Shown: positions 1 to 12,335 of the stretch, piece by piece
Layout of the letters: the number at the start of each line of letters is the position of its first letter
Position numbering within the stretch: position 1 is the first letter of the stretch
DNA from: Oculina patagonica
Taxonomy: Eukaryota
DNA length: 64,000 nt
Direction of reading: 5' to 3'
Assembly (NCBI RefSeq): GCF_052425735.1
Contig: NC_135758.1
Coordinates: 38,502,001-38,566,000 of the forward strand
Notes under the pieces: generated by a model
Seen by the model: only the letters and a program-made list of their open reading frames with translations
Database searches by the model: none
What the model was told of the DNA's origin: nothing
Position numbers and translations under genes: made by a program

Positions 1-1112
1 GATAAAAGATCAATCGGAAAGTGGTTTGAAAAAATTGGAGGAAGCGTTTACGTGGATAGAATTATAAATGGTTGGAGACAAAAAAACTTGATGGCGTTGG
101 TTATTAATTGTGTATCTCAATATCGGAACTCGCATGTGTTTATAATAATGGTCGAAAAAGTTACAAAAATAAGGGCAACAGGAAGTTTCGCCGACGTTGA
201 AGAAAAGCCAGTTTAAATTGAGATATATTAATGAACTAAATGGTTTTCGTTAGCACTAATTTACCACTGCTGTTGCTCGTGTTATATAAATTTGTTTAAA
301 TTCTTTATCACGGATTGAAAAAGCGATTGATTCGCATCTCGCCTTATGCAGCGTCGCAAAAAGGAGCAACTCGAAAGGAAAACTTTACTTTCGAATTTTG
401 AAGAAATAAGGATCACGCACGATGGTTTAAAAACAACACGATGCAATTTGTGACAGTATTTTTCCTCCTATATTTCAGCCCAGCTTCTGTGCCTTTCTTC
501 AAAATAGGAAAAATCCTTCAAAAATTAGGACATCGCAATTGCGATTTAATTCCAGCAGTTTTAACCTACTTTTTAATACATCAATGCTCAGATTTACGAA
601 GGAAAAAATACCGCTAGGAGGACACAAATAAACACAACAAAAAGAAAACGAATCAATGTTAAACTCAGCGCATCAAAACCTGTTAGGTGTGTTCGGTTAT
701 TTTGCTGCCGCTTCTTGAAACACCAATGAAACATAATACTTTGAATTCATTCGTGCTGTTCTCTTATTGGCAATATCTCCATACTTTTAAAGGTGGAAAA
801 AAAGAAATTCAATTATGCCCAAATTCACTAAGCTTGAAGGTATATCGTCCATCACACAATTTTCACTAGTAATATAATATTGCTCGGCGTCGTAATACAA
901 TTATGACCCCACTATTACACAAGGCTATCGCTAACGACCACACCCGATTATTTTATATATTAGGTTTTTTTTTTCTCTCACAACATCACGAATTTTAAAG
1001 ATCCGCTTTTATATCTTTTCTTTGTAGTCAACATAAAAACAACATCTACAATTTGAAAACTTTCGCAGTTTCACGCATTAAGAGCAAGAAGGGTGTTTTT
1101 AATTTTTGTTAC

Positions 1113-1583
1113 CTGGATTCGCGCCTCGCTGATGTTGATCTTCGCGGCAAGCTCCTCTCTCAGAGCGATATCGGGGTAATGCTTTTTCTCAAAAACTTTC
1201 TCCAGTTCCTGTAGCTGCTGTTTTGTGAATGTAGTGCGGTTTCGACGCTGTTTTCTCCTAACTGTGGCGGAGCTTTCCCCATCTACGTGTCCTTGGGATT
1301 CTGGAGGTGGTGGCAGATCTGCTGATGAAGACTGATAGCTTCTGTACACCAGTGAAGGAACTATTGAGGCAATTTAAAAAGAGAGTTAAAATCGGTTCTT
1401 GTCTTTGATGGCATGTTTAGTAAGAACTTTTAGGATTTTCCAGGCTTAAACTAATATCATTTCTAACAAGAGGATAGATAAAATGTGCTTACACTTGGAA
1501 GATGAGCTTGCCAAGGTCTCTATTCCTAGTACATCGCTGACTACATACTGGCTATGAGGCTTTCCCAGAAGAGACGGCTCCAT
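1113..1583 (-). CDS. PRD-class (paired-like, DRGX/PRRX/aristaless-type) homeobox gene, exons 1-2; the exon encoding helix 3 (WFxN) was not found in the window
   Basis: Exon 1 is 1493-1583 ([30 protein letters not shown], eh1/octapeptide-like YVVSDVLG, phase-1 GTAAG donor). Exon 2 is 1113-1360 ([49 protein letters not shown]) and ends at the classic PRD-class intron between Q46 and V47. No WFQN exon seen in 1-1110. Confidence 0.9.
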
Positions 1584-4500
1584 GATTTGTTCGATGACCC
1601 GATCAGACTGCTAGATCCTTAGTGGCGTGTGTGAAGTTTGAGGTCAGTGCAAAACTGATCCTTCCAACTCGCTCTATTTGAACTTATTAGCTGCCCGAGC
1701 TGATTAGGGCCTCGGCGCTAATTGTTTTTAGCCGAGCAGCTGCAGAGAGTTCACCCTCCTAGCCACAGCGCTCGAGAAAATTGAAAATTAATATAAGCCC
1801 TGTTTGAATGCATACAATGGTAAATTTCATTACTAATGCCAAAAACTAGGCCCCGTGCACCTGCCACACGCGTGGCAAAGAAATCCCCTTCGAGGTTATT
1901 TGTACCATCTAACATAAAGGACACCAATATCAATGCTAATGTTCTTTGAATAATAAGACAATTTTACTAATGATAAAACGACCGGTTATAAGATATCTTA
2001 ACACTGTTTTGCGTACTTCCTGTAAAACAGGCCGCCTCTTGCCCTCTTCTGTACGCTTGAACAAGCACTTGTAACATTTTGCGAGCGCGGGAAAGAATAA
2101 TGATGAAAGGAATGCGAGTGAACTTCGGTGACTTAAAAGACTGCTTCTTGTTTCATAACTGAGTGGGCTTCAGCATTTTTAATTAATCAGTATGAATATT
2201 GTTTAGAACCGTGCGCTCAATTTGATTTGGTTTTCAGCTATAGCTCACAGCTAAATTGGGATGGTTCGGTAAACATGATCAATAAACATGGACTGTCTTG
2301 AATCAGAACAATTTTAGCTTTTCTCGCTAATGGACATTGTAATTTGCGAAATTAAAAAGAGCATCATTTCATTTATTAAAATGGTCCCTACTTTGTCCTT
2401 GAGATCATTAAAACCGTTAATAGATATGAGCTGCGAAAAATGAAATTGCATGGCAGTTCATTTTCAAATATCGCCCGCCGTAATGATAAAATTTAAATAA
2501 AGATCTCAATAGCGATATTAATGTCTCGGCGCCAAAAAATTTAAGTCTGTTAAAAGATAAAAACATTGGGAAAAAAATGCCATTAAAAATTACTAATATC
2601 ATTGAAAAAGAAAAACCGACCCATTTTCGGGATAAGACATGAAAATTAAGTATTAGAAAAAGTGATGTAGAACTGCGTTTTTGTAGATTTCAGGTGTCCC
2701 CCCGTATAACGTCCTTCCACAAATCGACCAATGTAAACGTGAGATCATAACAAGAGTGTTAAAAAGGGCTTCTGAGAAGAAAGTCCGCCTACAACGTAGT
2801 TTAATAAGCAGATGTTTGGTTCGACTCCGGCCTTTTTTCAGTGAATTACTAACCAGTACGCCTTTAAAGAGAAGGGTCTTTCTTTATTGATTTTTAGGCG
2901 GTGGTTCGAGATAAATTATCGTTATGATATTCGTGTACGATGAATATTATTTATTTTTCATGTTACGTTCTTATTTCACATTCATGCAGTTCGGTTATGT
3001 AGGGGATTGCACTAACATAATAACGTATTAGCATAAAGTGGTATGAAAAATTGATTAACTTCGGTTTAAACTTTCAGTTTGAAATTAAAATATTTACCTT
3101 GCTATTAATATCGAATCTGTTTAAAAAAGACTTAAATATTTAAAAATTATAGTTGAATTTGCCAATTGGTTCAGACAGAGCTCAAAAAATCGTTAAGATG
3201 AAAAATTCTTTTCAGTTTTAATTGATGCACGCAACCTTGTGTAAAAGATGAAGTTTTGCATGAATCTCTCCTGTTTCAGAGCACCCGGCCTAGCTAAGGT
3301 CATCTTAAAATTACCCCGAAACAATGCTAAACCAATTCGAAGCCAATCAGCGACACTTTGATAAATAATTTACAGTTTCGTGTAGCTTATTGTGGAGAAC
3401 AGAGGGCATTCATGTTGCTATTAGTACATCCAACCAATGGACCATGGAGACGGGATGAATGCTAACAGCTTACGTACATGATTGGTAAAAATGTTAACCT
3501 TGTTTATTTTAAAGGCAATAGTTTTTAAATTGGACCAGCTTCGACCGAATGCTATTGTTCAGACTATATCTTATCGATATGATATTGTCGTTCATTGAAT
3601 AGTCGCTAGTTAGGTTATTTGGTTTATGGTTGTCAGTGTTTATACGCTTGTGCTCATAAGGGGAACGTGCAGAGCGGATTGGCGTCATCTTACCGACTAT
3701 CGTAAAGGACATTTTCGCCTTTCAGTGGTTAATAACGCGGTCTCTTATTGAAGAAAACCGAAGCATTCAACACCACAGAAAACAACCGGCGAGTTGAAAC
3801 ACAAAAATTGTACTTATAAGTTTTATTCCGCTGCAAGACAGCTTCATGTTACGCCCCCTGGCAGATTTTTAATTTTCATCTGTTGGTACGAAAAAAGGAG
3901 AAATTATCTGAAATATATATAATTTTTTAACATCTGATACCAGTCTTAACTGTTTAACCGGACGCAAGTTTAAAACATTCAACGACAGTTTTGTTTACGG
4001 TAAAAAATCGATTTTTTATTATGTTGAAAGGCATATCCACCCTCGACACTTGTTTTTTAACCATCTCAATGCATGTTTTTAAAACGGTCTATAAAAAAGT
4101 GCCCACAGCGGAAATACAGAGTTTATAAGAAACAAAGCGCTTTAATTGAGACGAATATTGACATTACATTACTGATTAAATGTGCGATTCTCGGTGAATT
4201 AAAAAGTACTCGTAGAAAACAAATGTACGTTTGATCGCTTTTGTCAGAAAATGTTTTCGTTGGGCCTGATTGTAAAGAGTTGAGCTAAAATGGAAAATCT
4301 TTACGTGCACTCGTGGATTAAGTTACACAGATTTCCAGTGGATTTCTTAATTATCCATCGCTTTTGTCTGCGCAATGTTTTAGTTTTTAGTAAGCGATAA
4401 ACACAGCATTTTTATTTAAGTCTTGGACAAAAGCCATTGTTGCTTTATTCGGCTGAGGGTTCCTGCAGAGACTAGTTAAAACAAGATTCTTCTGAGTAAA

Positions 4501-7444
4501 AACCTAGCCAAGGTCGATTTTATTAAACATAAATTTATTTTGCTTTCATGAAAACGCGTGCAGTGGGCCGTTTGAAAATACTTCTACTACTAGTCTACCA
4601 AATCGAAATGTTAATTTTCTATCCCTCTTTGTTTCATCAGTTGATAAGTGAAACCTTCGCAGCGGACCATAAGTGACTGAACCCTACCAAGGAGCTAGCA
4701 CTTGATCAAGCAATTCATTTGTGATAAGCTTGGGATTTCTTGAAGAAGCCACGGACAATTGCGGAAGTGAGTCAGGAACAACACTGCCTCGGGTACTGCA
4801 GGTACATTACACCCACGCTTAAAAGTGTGTTAACTGTCAGGTGCCAAGCCGAGTATGGGTGGCCAACTGATAAGATCTTCGATTTCTTTTTCAGATTAGT
4901 GACTTGTCCTTAAAACGCCATCATCCTTTGTTAAACGTCGATCTGTCTTGTTATAATGTTACGTTAAATGGACGTGCAGATTGCATCAGTGACATCTTCA
5001 CGAATGTATTTAGAGAATTGTAATTTTAAGATGAAGGAAAAGCAGCGACACCCTTTCAACACCCAACGTTTTAGAAAGGCTACCTGTAGTGTAGTTTTAC
5101 TGAGTGAAAAATGTTGGTGTTTTTTCTCTTTTTTGTAAGAGCGTTGCATGGATTGAAATGGTTTGAAAATTGAAATTCAATCGTTACGACTCATTTGAAT
5201 TAAGTTGTCTTACACATTTTAATAGGACAAATGTTGTACTGTGAATAATAAAGTTATTTTTCGCATTAGGCATTACTACTTCTTTTGCCGCAATACCTAC
5301 AAACTGAAAATTCAAATAAATTGTGTACGTTTGCACACTGTTCACGTACTATCGAAGAAGACCTGAAAACGGAGAGCTGTAGACAAAGTCGAACAAACAA
5401 TTCAGTTGAATCCTCTATAACGATGCATGTTAAACGAAGTTAATTGGAGTAAGCATAAAAGAAATTATTTATGATTATAGTATTTCTATTGAAAACCATT
5501 CAGATAAACGGCTTTTACAAAGTTAATTATGTTAACTCCTAGACAATTCCATTATGATATGAACATAACGTATTGGACCCTGAAGAGTTTCATTTCCCCA
5601 TTAAATTCGTTAAGATTTTATCATTTACAACGACTTCGAAACTACCTGCTTTGTTGGTAGTTCCTGATAGCATCTTGAAAACGTACGCATGAAAACACAA
5701 AACTGGTTATCGATAAATGTCAACAAAAAGCCCAAAATACATACATTTATAAGGAGAACATGCATCTTTTCTTTCAATTACCAGCCCTATTATCACTGTC
5801 GTAGTTTGTTAAGTAGTTTAACTTGTAAAACAAAGCAAAAAAGATTGCCGCAACTTTCAAGGCAGGTCAAAGACGGTAACCTGTGTCGTCAGATAGTTAC
5901 AAGAATCTGCCCGAAATTTGTTACCAAAATAGAAGCAGTTTTATTATATCTCGTCTCACAAAACTCGTACTGAGCACCTGAGTGAATAAAGCCAAAACAA
6001 AATTAACATCTACTCTACGAGTCGTTTTCACAAGAAATGGTAAATATTTAACAGTTTGCTTTAATATCAATACATTTCTATGAATTAAAATTAGAAGTCC
6101 TTTTGATGACTAAATTTAATAACAAAGTCTTCCAAAACCTGCATTTGATTAGATTGAAGTCAGCTATATTTTATGGGTGGCTGATATCGCGAAAATGTTC
6201 TTCTCGAGTTTCTCGGGAGATTCTTCGCGTAAAGTAAGCGAAACGGCTGCCTCAAATTCGTATGCTGTGCGCGAAATCTTAGAATCACGGTTGTATGGGA
6301 ATAGTATTACCTTCGACAAGATAGGGATTGACGAATTCAGTTTCTTCAAAAGAATTTCCAGTTTATAGCTTAAGACTTAAGAGTGACTTTATTACAAATA
6401 GCATTCTAACCGAAAATAAATAAATAAATGATCTTTATAGGAACCAAGGTCTCAGTCAGATCTGATTATAGCTGTACGTGATTCTGAAAGACGAAAGAAA
6501 CTTAATCAACATTTTTGACAATGAAAAAAGGGATGACATTTGACATGGCCAAATTACAATCCATGAAAGAAAATAGATAAGAAGAAGTCATAGTATGACT
6601 CAATTATTTAATTAGTAATTAGAGAATATTAGCACGTTTGGTATACCTCAGGTTTCTTTTTCGCGATTTCATGAAAAAATGCAAAATTTACTAAATATAA
6701 AAATCGCTTAGTTGTTTCAGCTGATTTCACCAAAATCAGACTAGAAATCGAAGAAATCGCTAACTTTAAGAGTCACTTAATCTTGGGGAAAAAAAACCCC
6801 GCTAAATTTAGTTGTCGCTGAAAACTTTAAGCCTTAAACGAGGCCTCCGTAAACGAGAATAATTGTCGCGAAAGCTTGTTTCTTGGCGTATAAAGCTGCG
6901 AAAGCAAATCGGGAATTCCTGACTCGACCTGAATCATTTCAGGAACACAAAGTTTGCTTTCGCAACAAATGTTGCGTGAGTGCACCAAAGGGGAAAATTT
7001 TAGGGAAACAATGTTTCGTCGTTTTGCGGAGGCGTTAATGTACGTGGGCCGACTTGCGTGATAAAAAAGCTCTCGAGCTGTGATGATGTGAGCACGTGCA
7101 GCTCTGTGTCATTCAAGCCAGGTACGGTTACTTTTGCTATTGAGTAGTTTTGTGACAATCACGACTAAATAGACCGCCATTTGACAAGACTAAGTGCTGG
7201 TATGAAGTTTCTAACTTGCATTTAAAGGTTGAACTGTAAAGCCTGTCAGTAGACATGTGCCTATTGTCCAAAACCCTGATTGTTAACTCTCGAAATTTGA
7301 CGTATGTCCTGAAATTGACTGCAATTTGTTAAGTAAGCCCAAGCATACTGATGGGGTAACCAACTTTCTTTGAAAGATCGTGCACTAAACTCTGACAATA
7401 AACATGTGCACCAACTGTTTTCTCTCGAGTCTTGATGGCTAATT

Positions 7445-7800
7445 AACAATTGGTTCTATCGAGTTATGGTGCACGCGGGAAGTTTGGAGAGCACGAAAAA
7501 AGCGTAAAAATTGCTCGAGGCGATAGTCGAGAGCAACTCTAGCTTCTTGAGTGCTCTCCAAACTTCCCAAGTGCATCATAACTCATAGTGCACAGCTAAA
7601 AGCATGAATCAATTGTTTTATAACATTGCCGATGGAAATGTAGATTTAAACCCGCGCCTGAAAAACTTGCGCAAGAGAAAAAATTCTGGCGAGGCGATTT
7701 GCTCACGCCATCCCACGCTATCAGCGTGCACTTTTGGATTTTGTGCACGCTCACGTATACTGAATTTGATTGCGCGGCTTTTCTAGTTATGTTATAATAG
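7445..7800. mobile_element. Non-autonomous repeat with internal hairpin
   Basis: Inverted arms gagttatggtgcacgcgggaagtttggagagcac (~7460) and gtgctctccaaacttcccaagtgcatcataactc (~7550-7585). Boundaries approximate. Confidence 0.55.
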
Positions 7801-8862
7801 CTTTTTTAAAAGATGCAGAAGGATTTTTATCCCACAAGGCCAGCCGGCGGGTAAAAACCTCCATTGGAAATGTCCACTGTGTCCTTTGTACCTTAACCTT
7901 TTCACTTCCAGAGTCAGGATGTGTAGTTGTAACTTAGAGTCTATGCATGAAACCACCGAATAGTACTTAACTTTGGTGCTATTCGTAGAAGAAATTGCGA
8001 AAAAAAGGTTTACTCCGTATATTGGCATCTTCAGCATCTATAAAACGGTTAAATCTTAATTCGTTTGTTAAAGGTGATATGAAAAGCTTTCTTAACAATT
8101 GCACCTGCTAATTTAAGGTCAGTTTACCTTAATGGCCTTTATATCTGCAATTCGTCTTGGAATTGATAATTTTAAGGAGATAAATTTGCCCTGAATAGGC
8201 CGAAATGGTCCTAATGGCTTAGTGGTTACCCTGTTTATGACGGTTGAGGTTTTGAATATAGTTCTAATGATTATTAAAATTCAATCTGGGATTACTGAAA
8301 ATCGACTACGTGCATTCAATTTTCTTTTCTCTTTGGGAAGGCGCGTAGTGAGATTTTAAACCAAGAACTTCACACGTTGTTCAGCAGCCGGCTTTGTACT
8401 CAGAAATCACTCCACTGATGCCTTTGCGAATTTCTCCGTAGCCTATTGTAGCAGACTTTCTGAGTGCGTCCGCTTTCTCTCTTTGTAAGAGAGAACGGCG
8501 ACCACGGACTGTCTAATAAACTTGGTTAAGTTCTTTTGTGTTTGTATACAAAGCATTTTAATAAAACGTATTCATGTTATTGCTTATACAATGGATGCCG
8601 AAGAAACGACTCAAGTTGTTATCTGATTCACTGTTGGAATATTTCCTTTGACGTGAAAGGTTTGAAGGGCTCCAAGATGAAGAAAAGTTGGATTTCAGAG
8701 CCAATGGTTTTTTGTACATCTAATGCGTTTCAAATTTGATTACTAGCTTTCGTGTAGTTCCTATGTTCAATTGACCATGTCCACGGCTTCTGTAAGTGCG
8801 AGATGTCGCCCGCTCACAGATGAGGCCTTACCACTTACGCAGCGCTTAGTTCTTCGCGTGAA

Positions 8863-9100
8863 TCAATACAGTACAATACAATCTTTATTTAACGTGGTCC
8901 GCAACACTTAGCTAAAAAGCTAGTTTTCAGGTGCGCCACGAAACAAAAATACAAAATAGAAAAATAAAAACTTCTTGGACGTGTATAAAAATAAGTTAAG
9001 CTACAATTAAGAATAACTACGAATTACAATATTGTCTAACTAAGATTAAAAATATAATATAAATATCATTAATAATATAAATATAAATCAGAAATTAAAA
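8863..9100 (-). mobile_element. 3' tail of an L2/CR1-like LINE
   Basis: On the minus strand: AT-rich UTR, stem-loop (ctagctttttagctaag), AATAAA, then an (ATTGT)n tail. Same layout as the LINE end at 33050-33130. Confidence 0.45.
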
Positions 9101-9179
9101 TCACAGCGAACTGGTTTCAATATACACGAAGGTCTTTACTATTTTCACGTGTGCCAATTAGTTTAAAAACTTCAACAAG

Positions 9180-9445
9180 TGCTGTTCAATAGCTTTCGAC
9201 TAAATGGTCACACAAACGAACACTTGGGTTTCACCCACGCACAAGACTTCAAAGTTAAAGCCACCGCCTTTGCAGCACAACAAACAACTCCACATGAACG
9301 CTGTATTGCACGATCTTTCATTTGAATGGTCACATGCTAGGGTTTATCCACAGCCGTGAAGCACAACAAACAGCACAACATGAACGTACTGCTCAATAGC
9401 ATTTATATGAATGGTCACACACTAGGGTTTCATCCAGAAACCCAT
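9180..9445. repeat. Three degenerate ~85-125 bp tandem units (…aatggtcaca…gggttt…cca)
   Basis: The motif aatggtcaca followed by (t/a)gggttt recurs near 9205, 9325 and 9410. Confidence 0.55.
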
Positions 9446-9529
9446 TGCGCCGCATAAAAAGCACGTACTACTAAAAGCTTTCTCTAGCCTAGAGTTTCTA
9501 CTGAGAGTTTCTCGTTGTTTCTTGTCATG

Positions 9530-9812
9530 TTTCCTAGGTGGCTACATTAGAGGAAAGCAAGCAAAATGTTTTACTTACCGGGTGGCTAAATGAGGAAACA
9601 ATGTTCCGGGAACAAAAGTGTCACGCATGCGCATAAACTAGTCAACATTGCTTTCATGGTGGCTAAACTGGGCAACATGTTTCGGAAGCAAAATTTGTGT
9701 CCGGCAAGCAAAAATGTTTTTGACCAGAGGTAGAAACATTTTTTGTTTCCGCAACATATGTTACCCGCGTGGCTAAACTGGGAAACATTTGTCTCTGCAA
9801 CAATGTTTCCCC
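9530..9812. mobile_element. MITE-like repeat with recurring GGCTAAACTGGGAAACA subrepeats
   Basis: gtggcta…gg(a/c)aaca recurs at ~9538, 9582, 9658 and 9769. A related fragment lies at ~6935-7035. Confidence 0.5.
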
Positions 9813-10835
9813 TAAAATTACGCCAACATGGGAGTGTTACGCAAGGGTTCTGTGTATCAGAAAGAAACTCCCTTCAAATCTAGCTGAGTCACGGTTTTGA
9901 TTACCATTACTTTGATTCCCATTGCACATTAATTGAAAACTCTCTATTTTAAGTCAGTCTAGACACTATTAACATTGCTTTTAATTTACTTTTCAGTCTA
10001 TATAGATACAGCAATTATTTACATTTCAAAAACTAAATGTGTACAACATTTTCTGTGTTTGCAATATTGAAATTATATTGGCTTTCCATTTCGAGTTTTA
10101 GTCGACCTAAAATAAACACATTGTTTCTTCAACGCTAACGAAACTTAGATTCACCGACCTTTTCTCACGAAGAAGGCTTGAGCTGTTTAAGAGAAAACCG
10201 AACGAAACACGACAGCAAGTCGAATTTTTCCGAACACTGGGCAAGATGACGTCTTTGTTACGTCAATAGTCAACTTCCATCATCTACCCTCAAACCACGG
10301 TTGGCTTTGACTAGAATATACACTGTATTCATTCTTAATTTACCAAAACGTTTAACGAACGATACTTAAAGATTTAAAACTTTCTGGTGTTGTATAAAAC
10401 TCTTATTTACTATTTGAATTGAATTATTTACAATAGAAAAGACCTGTCAAACTACTCGACTTTACGAAACGATCCCTGTTTAAAAACAGCGAAATATCTA
10501 CCGAAAATCTGGCGTTAAATTAAACGACTGAGAAAATTGTGACATTTAACTTGACAAAATGACCTAAAATTGGCTCATGTAAGCACACGAAACCATATCA
10601 TTCCCAAGTGATCGAAGTCCAGTTTCCTCTTATTATATTAATACAGTGCCAAGATGACAGATGATGGGAATAAAGACAATAATCAACTGGTGGATATTGC
10701 CTGCATCACCAAACTCTTAGAACTGTTCATGCTTGGGACTGAAACGGTTATGATGGCTAACAGCCAATTAAACGGATACAAACTGCTTTTTATTCTTGAA
10801 AATATGTTAAATACTTGTGTATGAAGTCCGTTTCT

Positions 10836-12261
10836 CTATGAAGCGCCAGAGGTTTCGGTATTTGTAGAATGTTCGGCGTTTTCTGAGAGCCATTGCAGCA
10901 AGGTTTTTAATTTATTTGTCCGATTTGTTGGATCAGGACCCAGTCCTAGCACATTTCCAACATTTAACTTTTCTTGAAAATACTCCATGAGCTTACAATC
11001 CACGACGTATTCATCTGTTTGTAGGCGAGCCACAGCCTCCCTACGGAACTCGTCTAGCTGTTGTGTGAGAGTGCGCCCAGAGTCCAAGTGCGCTACAATG
11101 ATCTCTAACCCGAGGTCCGCCTCAGCATGCGCCCAGTCGTTGAGAATTTCATCTGGTGTCATTTCCATGTACCTTACCAATGGTACAATGTAAGGAAGGC
11201 ACACTCCTGGAAAAGGGCTGGGAGCTCCCGAGCTAAGGAGTCCAGCTAATGGTTTGAGGGTGCTGTGGTAGAGAATAGCTGTTGAGCAACACTGGTGATG
11301 GAGACATGACCATGTGTGGTGAAGCCGTGTTACCTGACAAGAGAGACCATAGATCAGTCCCGTGCACACATATAACTTGCGCGGAATTTGCGCCGAAATT
11401 TAACGCGGAAGGAAGAGAAACCGACAGGGTATAACAAACTATGCCATCCTCACGGAAATAGTCTTTCTTAATTGGTATATTTTATCTACATGATTTCTAT
11501 GATGTTTCAAATAACGTTTTTCAAATCTAACAACCAGAGAGTGATTTTCTAAATTCAGGAAGTTGTGTTATTTGCGTTTCGAACTACAAAATATCTGAGG
11601 TACACGGTAAAATCGTATTTTCAACATGACAAAGGTTGGTTTTCACTAGCAATGTTGTATAATGTGGGACAGGAATTATTCAGACAAATATTCTAAATGA
11701 CAAGCACTTCACGCATGAGGGTAAGAGCTATATAACGCATAACGCACAAGCTGAACAAGTCCTTTCTCGATAATTCTTTTCTCAGATAGGCCTCTGTTCA
11801 AACCCAACGCACTCGAACACGATCATTGATATATTCTTCTGTTGCACAAAAAGGATAGAAGAGAAAGAAGTAGTACCTGTGGTAAAGCGAGCCCTTCCAT
11901 GATAGCCATGAACGAGATGAGGTTGCCAAGTTTATCGCTCAGTACATCAGCCAGTTCGATGAGTTTACTGAGCACTTTACCCCTCTTACCCAGGTCACCT
12001 GCAGCCACAACTAGGGTCGCTACCCAGTGTGTCACGTTAGCAAATCTACAAAGGGAAAAAACGTTCATTTAATTATCACTGACGAGATGCATGTATGAAT
12101 TATTATAACGCATTTGGCATCTTACGCTTTTGTCCAAGTAATGGATGCAACCCCTTAGGAAGTCAATTTCTAAATCGCTAAATGACATGTAGAACTGTTG
12201 TCTTGAAACATTTGTCCCATGCTGGCGACGTCCCTGAAACCTGGCTTAGAAACACTCACGC

Positions 12262-12335
<74 letters not shown>

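Noticed and set aside
1751-8739. Short ORFs in the ORF track upstream of the homeobox gene
   Set aside because: 60-95 aa, no motifs and no consistent splice phases; background ORFs.
9180-9812. CRISPR-like repeat-spacer array
   Set aside because: Repeats are degenerate with related spacers, the context is eukaryotic and there are no cas genes.
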